Shown here: positions 7,345-17,175 of the stretch, one piece after another
Position numbering within the stretch: position 1 is the stretch's first letter
How the letters are laid out: the number at the start of each line of letters is the position of its first letter
Virus record (IMG/VR): IMGVR_UViG_3300027734_003164
Location: 96,001-160,000 of that record
Length of the DNA stretch: 64,000 nt
Reading direction: 5' to 3' (one strand)
Source of the DNA: a virus
Lineage: Duplodnaviria > Caudoviricetes
Notes under the pieces: generated by a model
What the model was told of the DNA's origin: nothing
The model's input: the letters and a program-made list of their open reading frames with translations, nothing else
The model's database searches: none
Made by a program: the position numbers and the translations under genes

Positions 7345-9648
7345 CTATGTATAACAAGTTACATCGTAGTCTATTGTTAATTCTAAAGTGAAATTAGCGT
7401 CAGCCAGTGGGTCAGTATCACCCTCACAATTTGACTCAATGTGAATTGTATTATCCGTCAAACTTATAGTATAACTACTAATATCAGTAACACCACTTAA
7501 TATTCCTTCTATTGTTGATTGCCAAATTGTGTCTTGTGGAATATCATTCAATGTTGTTGCGGTATAGAATGTTTGAGTAAATGCACTTCCGTTAATATTC
7601 ATTTCAAGTATAAATTCTGCGGTATTTAAACTACATCCCGTATATCCACTTGTAACATCAATATACCCCTCATTTAACATTTCTAAAAATCCACGTTTAG
7701 CCCCAACTGTTGTTGCAAATTCATTTTGACACAATTCAACAACAGAGTATGTTGTTACATTATTTCCTGAACATGTGATTGTAAAATTGTGAATTTGTGA
7801 ACACCCACTACTATCTGTAACTTCAACAGAATACGTACCGGCGGTTAAACCGGATATAGTTGAACCCGTTTGTCCTGACGGAACATTATCTGACCAATCA
7901 TAACTAAATGTTGGTTCTCCGTCGTATATTAATACTTGCGCGGTTCCATTTTGACCACCATAACATTGTGTTGTTGATATTGCACTAATTAAACTACCTC
8001 CCGTTGATATTGTTACTTGTTCATCAATTTGACATCCATCCGCATCAACAACTGTGAGAGTATAACTACCAGCCACTAAATTATTAAAGGTATATGAAGA
8101 TAATGATGTATCTAAAACTGATTGTCCATCACTTAATATATAATCCAAAGGTGATGTATAACCAGTTCCGACTTGGACTTGTAAAACACCATCATTTTGT
8201 GAACATGTTGAACCTGTTGTTGTTGTATTTATTTCAAATTTATCGGTTGATGATAATGTAACAGTTGTTCTGTACTCACAATTTGTTCCTGTTGCAGATA
8301 TTATTAAATCATACGTGTCATTTGTCAACCCTAAAAAGGTGTTGGTTAAACTTTGCGTTGTGTTAGTGTATACTAATCCGTTTGTTTGACCCGATAAAAT
8401 ATAACTATAAAAATTATTTGAACCTTGTAATGAAACAGTTAATGAACCAAGTTGTTGGCTACAATTAGAGTTTGTCACCACTGTATCAACTATGAAAAAT
8501 GAATTTTCAGCATTAATAAACGCACTTAATATTTGTTTACAAAAGTTTGCATCTGTTATTTCTAAATTGTAATTTCCACTTGATAATCCTGATAAGGTTA
8601 ATGTATCACTTAATGTATACCCTACTTGTGATGTACTGGCGGAATAATAATAAGGAACACTACCTCCTGTAATTGTAAATGTAATACTACCGTCCGATGA
8701 AAAACAAGAAGGATTTATAGAAGTGACAATACCAACTCCAAGTGGGTCGGCTTCACCTATAGTATCACTTTTAGTTACTACGCATCCATTTCCGTCCGTT
8801 ACTGTACAACTATAAGTTCCAATTGTTAAACCTGTTATTGTTTGACCCGTTTGACCGTCATTCCAAAGATATGTGTAAGGTGGTGTTCCTGTAAGACCTG
8901 TGATTGAAAGTTTTCCCTGATTAATGACACAAGTAGACGTATTTACTTTCCAAAAACCAAAATCAAAATTTGAAGAGGATGAAATAATTGCGTTAGATGT
9001 TGTTGCGGTTGACAATCCATAATCTACAACTTTAACAAAATAAGTGTCTGCGGATAAATTTGTGAATGTATATGGGAATAAAGTGGTAACTTGTGATTGT
9101 ATAGAACCTCCTGATGTGGATAATATTAAAGTATATGGCGACATTTTAGAGTCGGCACTTACGGTCAGTGTTCCGTTATTATTTCCACATGTGGTTGGTG
9201 TTACGTCAATAATATCGGTATAAAAACAACCTGTTATTATAACATTTATATATAATTCGTTATTTTCAAACCCTTCAGAATCATTCAATCTAAACACATA
9301 GGTGTCGGCGGTTAGTCCTGAAAAGGTTATTGGGCTTGAAGATGTTTTAGCGCTTATTCCACCAGGTTGTATATTATCTATTGTATATGGTGGTATTCCA
9401 CCATATGGTGAAAATGTTACAGAACCTGTTGGGGATGAGCAAGTACCTGTAATTGTAAATGTTAGTCCTAATGGTTGGTCGTCACAAGTTGGTGTACAAG
9501 CGGACATTGTGTTATAAACACCAAATGTTGATGCCGAATACGCACTATCAAAACAAATAGTTTCCCCTAAAGAAACTCCAACTACAAAGTTACCACAACA
9601 ATCATAGTACCTATATACCCCATCCGTTAAACCTGAATAACAAGCCAT
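7345..9648 (-). CDS. SprB-repeat fibre/adhesin protein
   Basis: About six repeats such as TGTPPYTYLWNDGQTGQTITGLTIGTYSCTVTDGNGC, LVAGSYTLTVVDADGC and LTAGTYSVEVTDSSGC. Confidence 0.8.
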   Translation of the reverse strand: MACYSGLTDGVYRYYDCCGNFVVGVSLGETICFDSAYSASTFGVYNTMSACTPTCDDQPLGLTFTITGTCSSPTGSVTFSPYGGIPPYTIDNIQPGGISAKTSSSPITFSGLTADTYVFRLNDSEGFENNELYINVIITGCFYTDIIDVTPTTCGNNNGTLTVSADSKMSPYTLILSTSGGSIQSQVTTLFPYTFTNLSADTYFVKVVDYGLSTATTSNAIISSSSNFDFGFWKVNTSTCVINQGKLSITGLTGTPPYTYLWNDGQTGQTITGLTIGTYSCTVTDGNGCVVTKSDTIGEADPLGVGIVTSINPSCFSSDGSITFTITGGSVPYYYSASTSQVGYTLSDTLTLSGLSSGNYNLEITDANFCKQILSAFINAENSFFIVDTVVTNSNCSQQLGSLTVSLQGSNNFYSYILSGQTNGLVYTNTTQSLTNTFLGLTNDTYDLIISATGTNCEYRTTVTLSSTDKFEINTTTTGSTCSQNDGVLQVQVGTGYTSPLDYILSDGQSVLDTSLSSYTFNNLVAGSYTLTVVDADGCQIDEQVTISTGGSLISAISTTQCYGGQNGTAQVLIYDGEPTFSYDWSDNVPSGQTGSTISGLTAGTYSVEVTDSSGCSQIHNFTITCSGNNVTTYSVVELCQNEFATTVGAKRGFLEMLNEGYIDVTSGYTGCSLNTAEFILEMNINGSAFTQTFYTATTLNDIPQDTIWQSTIEGILSGVTDISSYTISLTDNTIHIESNCEGDTDPLADANFTLELTIDYDVTCYT

Positions 9649-12596
9649 TAATTACAATTTATACTAGCGTTTATACCTATATTTAAGTACAGTTTTTTAT
9701 TTGTGAAGTCATCATAACAAGTTGAATTGCTTATTACTAAAGTTTTACCCGCAAAATAATAATTTAATCCATGATTATATAATTCTTGTAATTTGTCATC
9801 AATTGATGCGGTTATTTGGGCAACCGTTGGAACATCATAAAAACCATATCCTGTGTAGAATTGTTCTTGAACTAAAATCGTACTGTCTAATCTACAATCC
9901 ACAAACCACTCCGACACTATACTTGTTAAATCACAATTGGCTTGAGTGTATCCACTCTGTTTTACAACCGCACTTAAAACTTGTGTTAGATAAGTTTGTG
10001 GACTGTCAAAGTTTAATTCACATCTTAAAGTTTGGTCTATACAATCATATCCAAATAACTGACCGTCAAATGTGCAAGGTACACATTCAACTTGTATAAA
10101 CTGACATCCTCTTTGTCTTCTCCATACAAACTTTTGTCTATGGAAAATTGAGTTTTCCATTTTTTGACCCGTGAGCCAAAGTGTTGTTGCAGGAACCAAC
10201 TGTTCCAATAATCTTTGCCAATAATCACCAATACCCAACGTATAGTCTATCATTTTTTGATAGGTAAATTGATTAGAAGGTATACCTACTGTTTGTTGTG
10301 ACTGTAAGTATTTCCAATATATCGATTGAAGTGTGGGGTAACCTCCTGTCTTACCGTCAAAAATTGTTTGTCTATTTCTAACATTAATCATGTTGGTAAA
10401 GAAAGATTGGGCAAATTCAAAAAATGTTTTTTGTTTTGGTTGTGGGTTTACAAAAGTCCAATCTATCGCTCCTGGGTACGGATAAGGTGACGTTAAACCA
10501 GTATTTGGAATTGGGTAATCGTACTTAACACACATATCCCACACATCATAAACTAACCCTTGACCCATATTGATATTTAATTCAATATTTTTTGAGTTTA
10601 TAAGTTGTTTGTCGTTTGTAATAGTGTAATCAACCCCATTAAAGTTTGAATTATTTTTTCTGTTTCCTATGTCGTCAACGGACCAAGACTTTTGGTTGTC
10701 GTAAATTTTTGTTATTGTATAACCTTCATTCAAAAAAGGAAATTTAGTAAACCTGTCTAAGTATTCTTGACCATATGAAAAAGGTTGTAATTGTGTTACT
10801 ACACTTGGTACGTTTTGGTCAAGTTGTGAATTTTCTAAATCGACAACTTGTGGTGACCTGTGTTTTGGGCTAGATTCAAACCAACCTGAACCTTTTTGAA
10901 AAAAGTAATCATCTGTCTGTGTTGGTGACTTAGGGTAACCATCGTCAGAAATACCATAATCATTTCTTGATGTTGTTACAGTTTGCACTTCTCCGTTTGT
11001 TGTAAATCCTGTATAAGTTACTCCTTGAATAGAAAATGTATTTGTTGGGTCTAATGCTGGTTTTTCAACATAAACCGTACCTCCACTTATTTTAGCATAA
11101 TTTTCTTTAAATTGGTCCACATTAATTTTTGAATCGACTAAATAAACAACTTCATTAAATTCTGTTATAGCTTCAGGAGCACCTATCAATCTCATTATGT
11201 ATTCCAAAGATGTTCTTGTTCCTTTGGATTTAAACATATATGCTGAGTTTAGAATTACATTTCTAAAGTATTGGTAGTTTAACTCTGAAGGTGTTTTTTC
11301 TTGTGCTTGACCTGAATAAATTTGGTCGTTTGTTGTGCTAAAAACCGCATCTAATAATTGGTCATTATTAATTGGCGATATATTTGTATTTACCCCCAAT
11401 GTTTGAGCTAAATTAGTTAGTAACTGTGATGGTATATCATTTCCAACAACATAGTTCACTGAGTTCATGTTCGCTAAGGCGTCAATAAACTTTTTAACCT
11501 CATCAAAACTTCTACCATATATTTGTAGAATTTTTTCCATCTTTTGGTCCTGAGTGTCAAAGTCCTTGAATGCACCTGTTGTTAAAAATCTTGAAATCAA
11601 ATTGGTTTTGTAATCGTCAAGATTAAGTGCGATTTCACTTAAAGTTGTTAAATACGTGTCAAAGTTAGATGTTACAATATCTAAATTCCATAAACCGTCC
11701 AATACCCATGTTACACTTTGTACTTTTAATGTAAAAATCCCATCTGAATCGTAGTATGGGTACTCAAAAGTTGCGGTATACTTTGGTTGGCTATTTCTAT
11801 TTAATATAAAATCTTCAACCTCATCAAAATCATCCTGAAAGATTTCAGCGGTTTTTTGTGTATTTGGTTTTACTATAAACGTGTCTGTTGAAATTGTTTG
11901 TCCTGAAAAAGGGTCTCCTTCAACCGTAAATGTAATTGTTCCTGCCGTTAAAGTTGTTGAAGGTATAAAATCAACTACAGGGTATTCTGTTGTAAGTTCA
12001 GAAAAATATAGACTAAAATTTTCGTAGTTATTAGTTAAATCACGGTATTTTGAAACTTTTATAGGTCTAACTTGAATGTTTCTTGCCGCATTCACAGAGA
12101 AGTCAATGTCAAAAGGATTCACTATCCATGGGACATTAACATCAAACGTTGTTAAATTTTCAATAGGGTCAAAAACAATATTTGTGGCGGTATAACCAGT
12201 TGTAAATGACAAAGTCGTTCCTCTTACTTCTAAGGCTGCCGGAAAATAACTTATTATTTTTGTTACGGATGCCGATAATCTTTTTTGAAGTGAACCATAC
12301 AGTGTAAAACTTGTTATTTGTGATATATCAAAATTAGGATATACTGAAAAGTTTTTTTGTATGATTTTTTTTGTTTGTTCAACATCTTCAATATTTAGAT
12401 TTTCTAAATTATAAAGTTGTGAGAAAACACCTAAATCAAAATTACGATTTACCTTTTCATAAATGGCAGTTGTAAATTGAAAGTTCCCTTGTGTTAATCC
12501 ACCGCCCGTGACCAACTGTAATCCAACTATGTTGTTAAACGTAGTTAAAGTTCCTACAGGTGGAGCAGGTGGATATTTAAATATTTGTTTTGCCAT
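9648..12596 (-). CDS. Putative baseplate wedge protein (P2 gpI / T4 gp7-like segment)
   Basis: LTNLAQTLG...YMFKSKGTRTSLEYIMRLIG resembles the gpI-type motif; TAATG coupling; baseplate context. Confidence 0.55.
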   Translation of the reverse strand: MAKQIFKYPPAPPVGTLTTFNNIVGLQLVTGGGLTQGNFQFTTAIYEKVNRNFDLGVFSQLYNLENLNIEDVEQTKKIIQKNFSVYPNFDISQITSFTLYGSLQKRLSASVTKIISYFPAALEVRGTTLSFTTGYTATNIVFDPIENLTTFDVNVPWIVNPFDIDFSVNAARNIQVRPIKVSKYRDLTNNYENFSLYFSELTTEYPVVDFIPSTTLTAGTITFTVEGDPFSGQTISTDTFIVKPNTQKTAEIFQDDFDEVEDFILNRNSQPKYTATFEYPYYDSDGIFTLKVQSVTWVLDGLWNLDIVTSNFDTYLTTLSEIALNLDDYKTNLISRFLTTGAFKDFDTQDQKMEKILQIYGRSFDEVKKFIDALANMNSVNYVVGNDIPSQLLTNLAQTLGVNTNISPINNDQLLDAVFSTTNDQIYSGQAQEKTPSELNYQYFRNVILNSAYMFKSKGTRTSLEYIMRLIGAPEAITEFNEVVYLVDSKINVDQFKENYAKISGGTVYVEKPALDPTNTFSIQGVTYTGFTTNGEVQTVTTSRNDYGISDDGYPKSPTQTDDYFFQKGSGWFESSPKHRSPQVVDLENSQLDQNVPSVVTQLQPFSYGQEYLDRFTKFPFLNEGYTITKIYDNQKSWSVDDIGNRKNNSNFNGVDYTITNDKQLINSKNIELNINMGQGLVYDVWDMCVKYDYPIPNTGLTSPYPYPGAIDWTFVNPQPKQKTFFEFAQSFFTNMINVRNRQTIFDGKTGGYPTLQSIYWKYLQSQQTVGIPSNQFTYQKMIDYTLGIGDYWQRLLEQLVPATTLWLTGQKMENSIFHRQKFVWRRQRGCQFIQVECVPCTFDGQLFGYDCIDQTLRCELNFDSPQTYLTQVLSAVVKQSGYTQANCDLTSIVSEWFVDCRLDSTILVQEQFYTGYGFYDVPTVAQITASIDDKLQELYNHGLNYYFAGKTLVISNSTCYDDFTNKKLYLNIGINASINCN

Positions 12597-13504
12597 TATT
12601 CAATAATATTGGTAAAGTTTTTACTATAATCAATGTTATTATTCCTATCTTGTCTAACTTCAAATAGAAGTTCACTAAAGTTGTTTCTAATTTCAAATAG
12701 GTTGTATTGTTTGTAAATGTTTCCTGCAGTATCGTAAAGAGTGTAAATACCATCCTCAATACTTTTGGTTTGATTACCATAAAGAGCAATTGCTAAAGTG
12801 TCAATGTCGTATTCTGCCATTTGAACATCAATAGTAATAGGGTTAAAGAAAGTATTTGTTATTATAATATTTTGGTTTGGTTGACCTATAAAAGGAATCG
12901 CACTTGGTTTATTAGATGGAGATGAAGAAGGTGAAAGTGTACAGAAAATTAAATCTGTTGGGTTGTCTACATATCTATATCTAATAGACTTTTGTGTTGT
13001 GTTGACCTGTTCTGTAATTACAGGTTCACAATAAAATGATGACGTAACAAGTCTATAAAAGTTTGGTATTTTTGTTCCGTTATTATTTAAGTATTCAACT
13101 CTAAACCCAACAAGTCCTTGATTAACAAATTTATTTCTAAACTGTGAAGGAACATTATTAATATCAATAATAATACCTTTTACATTTGGTAGCGCCGATA
13201 AAACACCACAGTCAGTTATTGTTGTTCTAATTTCAGCAGGTCTAATCATTAAAGTATAAATCCCCAACTTGCTAAACTCAGTTGCCGGTAATCTTAAATT
13301 ATATAAACCACCTAAAATTTCCACGTTATTATTACCACCAGTATCTGAATTATGAAAATATGGTGTTAATATATTTGCGGCATTTAATTTTTTTAATGTG
13401 AAATTATTTGTAACATCCCTTGAAGGTGTATAGTGTAAGATAATTTCAACATCATCAGGTGATACATCAGCGGGTCTTGTTATTCCATATGTGCCAAGTG
13501 CCAT
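12596..13504 (-). CDS. Hypothetical structural protein (baseplate region)
   Basis: 302-aa ORF, translationally coupled, preceded by TATTTAT; function inferred from context only. Confidence 0.6.
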   Translation of the reverse strand: MALGTYGITRPADVSPDDVEIILHYTPSRDVTNNFTLKKLNAANILTPYFHNSDTGGNNNVEILGGLYNLRLPATEFSKLGIYTLMIRPAEIRTTITDCGVLSALPNVKGIIIDINNVPSQFRNKFVNQGLVGFRVEYLNNNGTKIPNFYRLVTSSFYCEPVITEQVNTTQKSIRYRYVDNPTDLIFCTLSPSSSPSNKPSAIPFIGQPNQNIIITNTFFNPITIDVQMAEYDIDTLAIALYGNQTKSIEDGIYTLYDTAGNIYKQYNLFEIRNNFSELLFEVRQDRNNNIDYSKNFTNIIE

Positions 13505-13515
13505 TTTTTTATTTT

Positions 13516-13522
13516 ATAAATA
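13516..13522 (-). promoter_or_regulatory. TATTTAT motif
   Basis: 11 nt upstream of ATG 13504. Confidence 0.55.
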
Positions 13523-13536
13523 GTTTATGTCTTTTT

Positions 13537-14625
13537 TTATGTTGTATTAATTTTATAATATCCGTAACCATATCTCACCATATCACCAATATTATCAACT
13601 TCACCTAATCTTTGTAATGGTTCAAACGCACTATATTTACCTCTTTCAATATAAACATCGCTTTGAACTTCAGGGTCCATAACAAAATCTAACAAATATT
13701 CATTTTTTGTAATCGCTGAAAACAATAAATCATTTTGGGTAAATCCTGAACTTTGTAATAAGTACAAAGTTTGTCCATTTGGAAAGTCGTAATAAGTGAT
13801 GTCATTTAATGTGTATGAAGTATAATCTGGTGTTATAGAATTTATTTGTCCGTATGGTACTCCATTTTTTATAAAAGTATAACCAACAGTGTATGGGTTA
13901 GGACCCCATCTTTTTACGTCCGTAAGTTTAGATTTAGTATAACCTGAAACAGGAAAAGGGATGGTTGTGTATGAACTTGATATTTGTGATGATACATTAT
14001 TTTGTGAATCTCCTGTTGCTATAAAATCGTAACTTATAGGTATACCCGACCAATATCCACCTTGTGGTGTAAAGGTAAAGTTTCCTTGTAAATTTGTTAT
14101 TGTAGTACCAGTTAAAGGAAGTACAATTGGTTTTTCAATTATATTTAGACCCCAATTGTTTTGACCAGAAAAAGTTATGGTATATATGCTTGGTGTGGTG
14201 GGGTAAGTATGTGTCAATGGTTGGGTTCCAACCTGTTGAGTTGGGGTCCCATCACCCCAATCAACAAAGAAACTTGATAGTTTTAAAAATGATATTTCTA
14301 TATCACCCGACGTATTATAAAAATTAACATCGTAAGGTGTTAATGTATCGGCAGAAAATAAAAAATTAGACAACACATCTTTTTGTAACATAAGACCATC
14401 AAACTCACTATAAAAACCAATGTCGTTCATAGTTTGAGTAAGCATAATTGGTATTGTTAAACCTGTTAAAAGTGATGTGCCTCCTGTTCCTCCACTCAAT
14501 ATGTAAGACATACCTGAATACACACCAAAGGTTTGTGACCCACTGTCACCACTATAAGATTCTCTAAAAATATCTGTAGAAATATTTTCAGGGGATACTA
14601 TTAAAGAATATTTTTCAGCTTCCAT
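13537..14625 (-). CDS. Structural protein with PKD-like domain
   Basis: VDWGDGTPT...LTHTY...YTITFSG is the PKD signature. Confidence 0.65.
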   Translation of the reverse strand: MEAEKYSLIVSPENISTDIFRESYSGDSGSQTFGVYSGMSYILSGGTGGTSLLTGLTIPIMLTQTMNDIGFYSEFDGLMLQKDVLSNFLFSADTLTPYDVNFYNTSGDIEISFLKLSSFFVDWGDGTPTQQVGTQPLTHTYPTTPSIYTITFSGQNNWGLNIIEKPIVLPLTGTTITNLQGNFTFTPQGGYWSGIPISYDFIATGDSQNNVSSQISSSYTTIPFPVSGYTKSKLTDVKRWGPNPYTVGYTFIKNGVPYGQINSITPDYTSYTLNDITYYDFPNGQTLYLLQSSGFTQNDLLFSAITKNEYLLDFVMDPEVQSDVYIERGKYSAFEPLQRLGEVDNIGDMVRYGYGYYKINTT

Positions 14626-15467
14626 TATGGGTTTCCGTATTCATACCATTTTATAACATTAACCGAATCACCAACTCTTTGAAGAACAGGTGCTTGGTTT
14701 TGTTGTGGGATTTCTTTGTAAACTTGATATTCAAAGTTTGTAAAATCCATTTCAACTTTATAATAAAAATATTGTGATTTGTTAAAATTAAATTTGTTGT
14801 TTGCAGAAAATGTAGATTGTGGCTCATTCATAAACCTTACAAATTGACCTGTCTTTGCGTTAAAAAACTTGGCGGTCATATAAAACTCTGTAATATTTAT
14901 AAAATCCGTTTCTTTTAACCAATATATAAAAAATCCTTCTTTGTCGGAACCTGTATAATCAAGTTTAAATTTTGGTTTTTTAACATTCACTTGTGTTTGA
15001 TTATTCAACGGACCTAAAAAACCAACTCTTGTTTGTCCTTGTTGTGTCGGTAATATTACACTAAAATACGCCTTTTGATTTTCATTTGTTTTTGTATCAT
15101 AAAAATCTAATTTGAAAAAACTACCTTTGAATGAATTTGCAAAATAATATAATTCAGGGTCGGTAAATGTTGCATTATCATAGTCAACTGCCCAATCATT
15201 AGATGTCGCGGCAGTAACTGAAACGGTAGAATCTAAAAAATAAAATTCATAATTTATGTCTGTAACATTTGGTGTTTGGGTATATTCTTTATTTGCAAAT
15301 CTTGTAGTTTCAAAATCATCAATACCATTTATTAAATCTTGTAAAACATCAGTTTCAAATTGAACGATTCCATCATTTCTACCTCCCATGTCAAAAGTTA
15401 TTTCAACTGGTATGTTAAAAGCCGTGTCTTCAGAAGTTACACTAAACCTATAATAATTATTATTCAC
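14625..15467 (-). CDS. Hypothetical structural protein (GTG start)
   Basis: 280-aa ORF overlapping both neighbours in the operon. Confidence 0.6.
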   Translation of the reverse strand: MNNNYYRFSVTSEDTAFNIPVEITFDMGGRNDGIVQFETDVLQDLINGIDDFETTRFANKEYTQTPNVTDINYEFYFLDSTVSVTAATSNDWAVDYDNATFTDPELYYFANSFKGSFFKLDFYDTKTNENQKAYFSVILPTQQGQTRVGFLGPLNNQTQVNVKKPKFKLDYTGSDKEGFFIYWLKETDFINITEFYMTAKFFNAKTGQFVRFMNEPQSTFSANNKFNFNKSQYFYYKVEMDFTNFEYQVYKEIPQQNQAPVLQRVGDSVNVIKWYEYGNP

Positions 15468-17175
15468 AATCGTCGTTAGTTATTTGTTGATATTCGTTTG
15501 AGAATACATTGTTATTTCTTCGAATAGGATATTGTAAAAATATACAATTTAAAAACGGATAATGAGCTCCGTTGATGAACGGGTTATTCACCCCAATCCC
15601 ATCGCTATCTATATATCCATAAGTATATAAATCTCTCCAATACCATTTGTTATTATATTCACTAAACCAAGAATATCCCGGTATATTGTCTACAGTATCT
15701 TTTGTTCCATTTTCAATATAATCACTAAAAGCTCTAATAGGTATTGAGTAATGTGGGTTATACAAATAACCGTCAGGGTAGTTTTGATTACCTGTTGTTT
15801 GAAACAAAATATCGTTAAATGAATATTTGTGAATAGCTCTAGATAAAACATACTCTCTTTGTTCCATATAGTTATATTCACAAAAATCCCCTAAAATCAC
15901 GTCACCTTGATTTAATATTTCATTATAATAAAATGTTTGTCCATTTAACGAATATGAATTTGTTGGTATATTATCTTTATTTAAACTATTGTTATGATTC
16001 CACCATGTGTCTACTGAATTTTCTAAAAAATTAAAATTCCAACCTATATCAATTGCAGTTTGTAGACCATTTTGATTAACAAATGGTTTATTAAACCAAC
16101 CCATATATCCTCTGTTTATAATTGTTAAAAACAATTCAGTTATTGGTTTTCCGTTGTTGTCTATATAACCACCTATTTTTACATCTTTATCAAACGTGAA
16201 TGAAAATGTCTGTGCATTATTTTTTACGGAAACTCTTTGTACTTGATTGGGCGTTAATGCAGAATACTCTAATTTTTTATCTATCGCAAATGGGTTATTT
16301 TCAAACCCTACTTTACTAATATTACATTGTTCACTGTTTTTGATAATCTTGTGTAATCTAACATAGTATATGGATTTTGTTTCTGCAGAATTAGCAGGTT
16401 CAGTTATTCTTTTAAGATTTCCAAAAACACCCGTTTGTATATCTAATGCTGGGTATTTTAAATCATAAATTGTAAAAACTTTATTTTCTGAATCGATTGT
16501 TCCATCACCCAAAGAATAAACCTGAAATATAGTTTTATTGTTAATTGGTGTTGATAATTCAACATATTGTCCGATTTGTAAGTTATGATTTGTACCGCAA
16601 TAAAAATAAACTAAAGATTTTCCGTTAAACTTACCTGTTGTCAAAACATAAGGTATTCCGTCACCCGCAAGAAAACCTCCATTGGTTACTCCAAACTTTT
16701 CATCAGTATATGACATTGTTTGGGCGGTTGTACTTGAAAATGTATAACTAACATAAAAAGACCAATTATATGTTGAGGCACTTTTAGGGACAAATGGTAC
16801 ATGTCCTGTAATACCACTAAATCTTTGAATTGAAAACTCATCAAACTGAGGGTTTCCTTCCCAAAAGTTTGAATTATTGGTTGCATTACTTATTGCATTT
16901 GTGTAATATAAATTATTTTTGAATGGCGTGTAAGATGTTTTACCCGTTACTGTATTATCAAATACATTCGTAATTTTACCGGCAAGTCTAAATTTATCAC
17001 TTTCTTGTCTTTCTGTTTCAAAGAGTGTTTGTTGATTTACTAAGATACTTCTATCCCCTTCAATTAACTCTCTTCTGTCACCAATTAATGGTGGTTGGAG
17101 CCAAACATCTTTATCTGTATTTCCAGCGTACCTTTTGGACCCAATAACAATTCTTATTTCATTTTCGTTACTCAT
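15460..17175 (-). CDS. Hypothetical structural protein
   Basis: 571-aa ORF in the coupled baseplate operon. Confidence 0.6.
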   Translation of the reverse strand: MSNENEIRIVIGSKRYAGNTDKDVWLQPPLIGDRRELIEGDRSILVNQQTLFETERQESDKFRLAGKITNVFDNTVTGKTSYTPFKNNLYYTNAISNATNNSNFWEGNPQFDEFSIQRFSGITGHVPFVPKSASTYNWSFYVSYTFSSTTAQTMSYTDEKFGVTNGGFLAGDGIPYVLTTGKFNGKSLVYFYCGTNHNLQIGQYVELSTPINNKTIFQVYSLGDGTIDSENKVFTIYDLKYPALDIQTGVFGNLKRITEPANSAETKSIYYVRLHKIIKNSEQCNISKVGFENNPFAIDKKLEYSALTPNQVQRVSVKNNAQTFSFTFDKDVKIGGYIDNNGKPITELFLTIINRGYMGWFNKPFVNQNGLQTAIDIGWNFNFLENSVDTWWNHNNSLNKDNIPTNSYSLNGQTFYYNEILNQGDVILGDFCEYNYMEQREYVLSRAIHKYSFNDILFQTTGNQNYPDGYLYNPHYSIPIRAFSDYIENGTKDTVDNIPGYSWFSEYNNKWYWRDLYTYGYIDSDGIGVNNPFINGAHYPFLNCIFLQYPIRRNNNVFSNEYQQITNDDCE

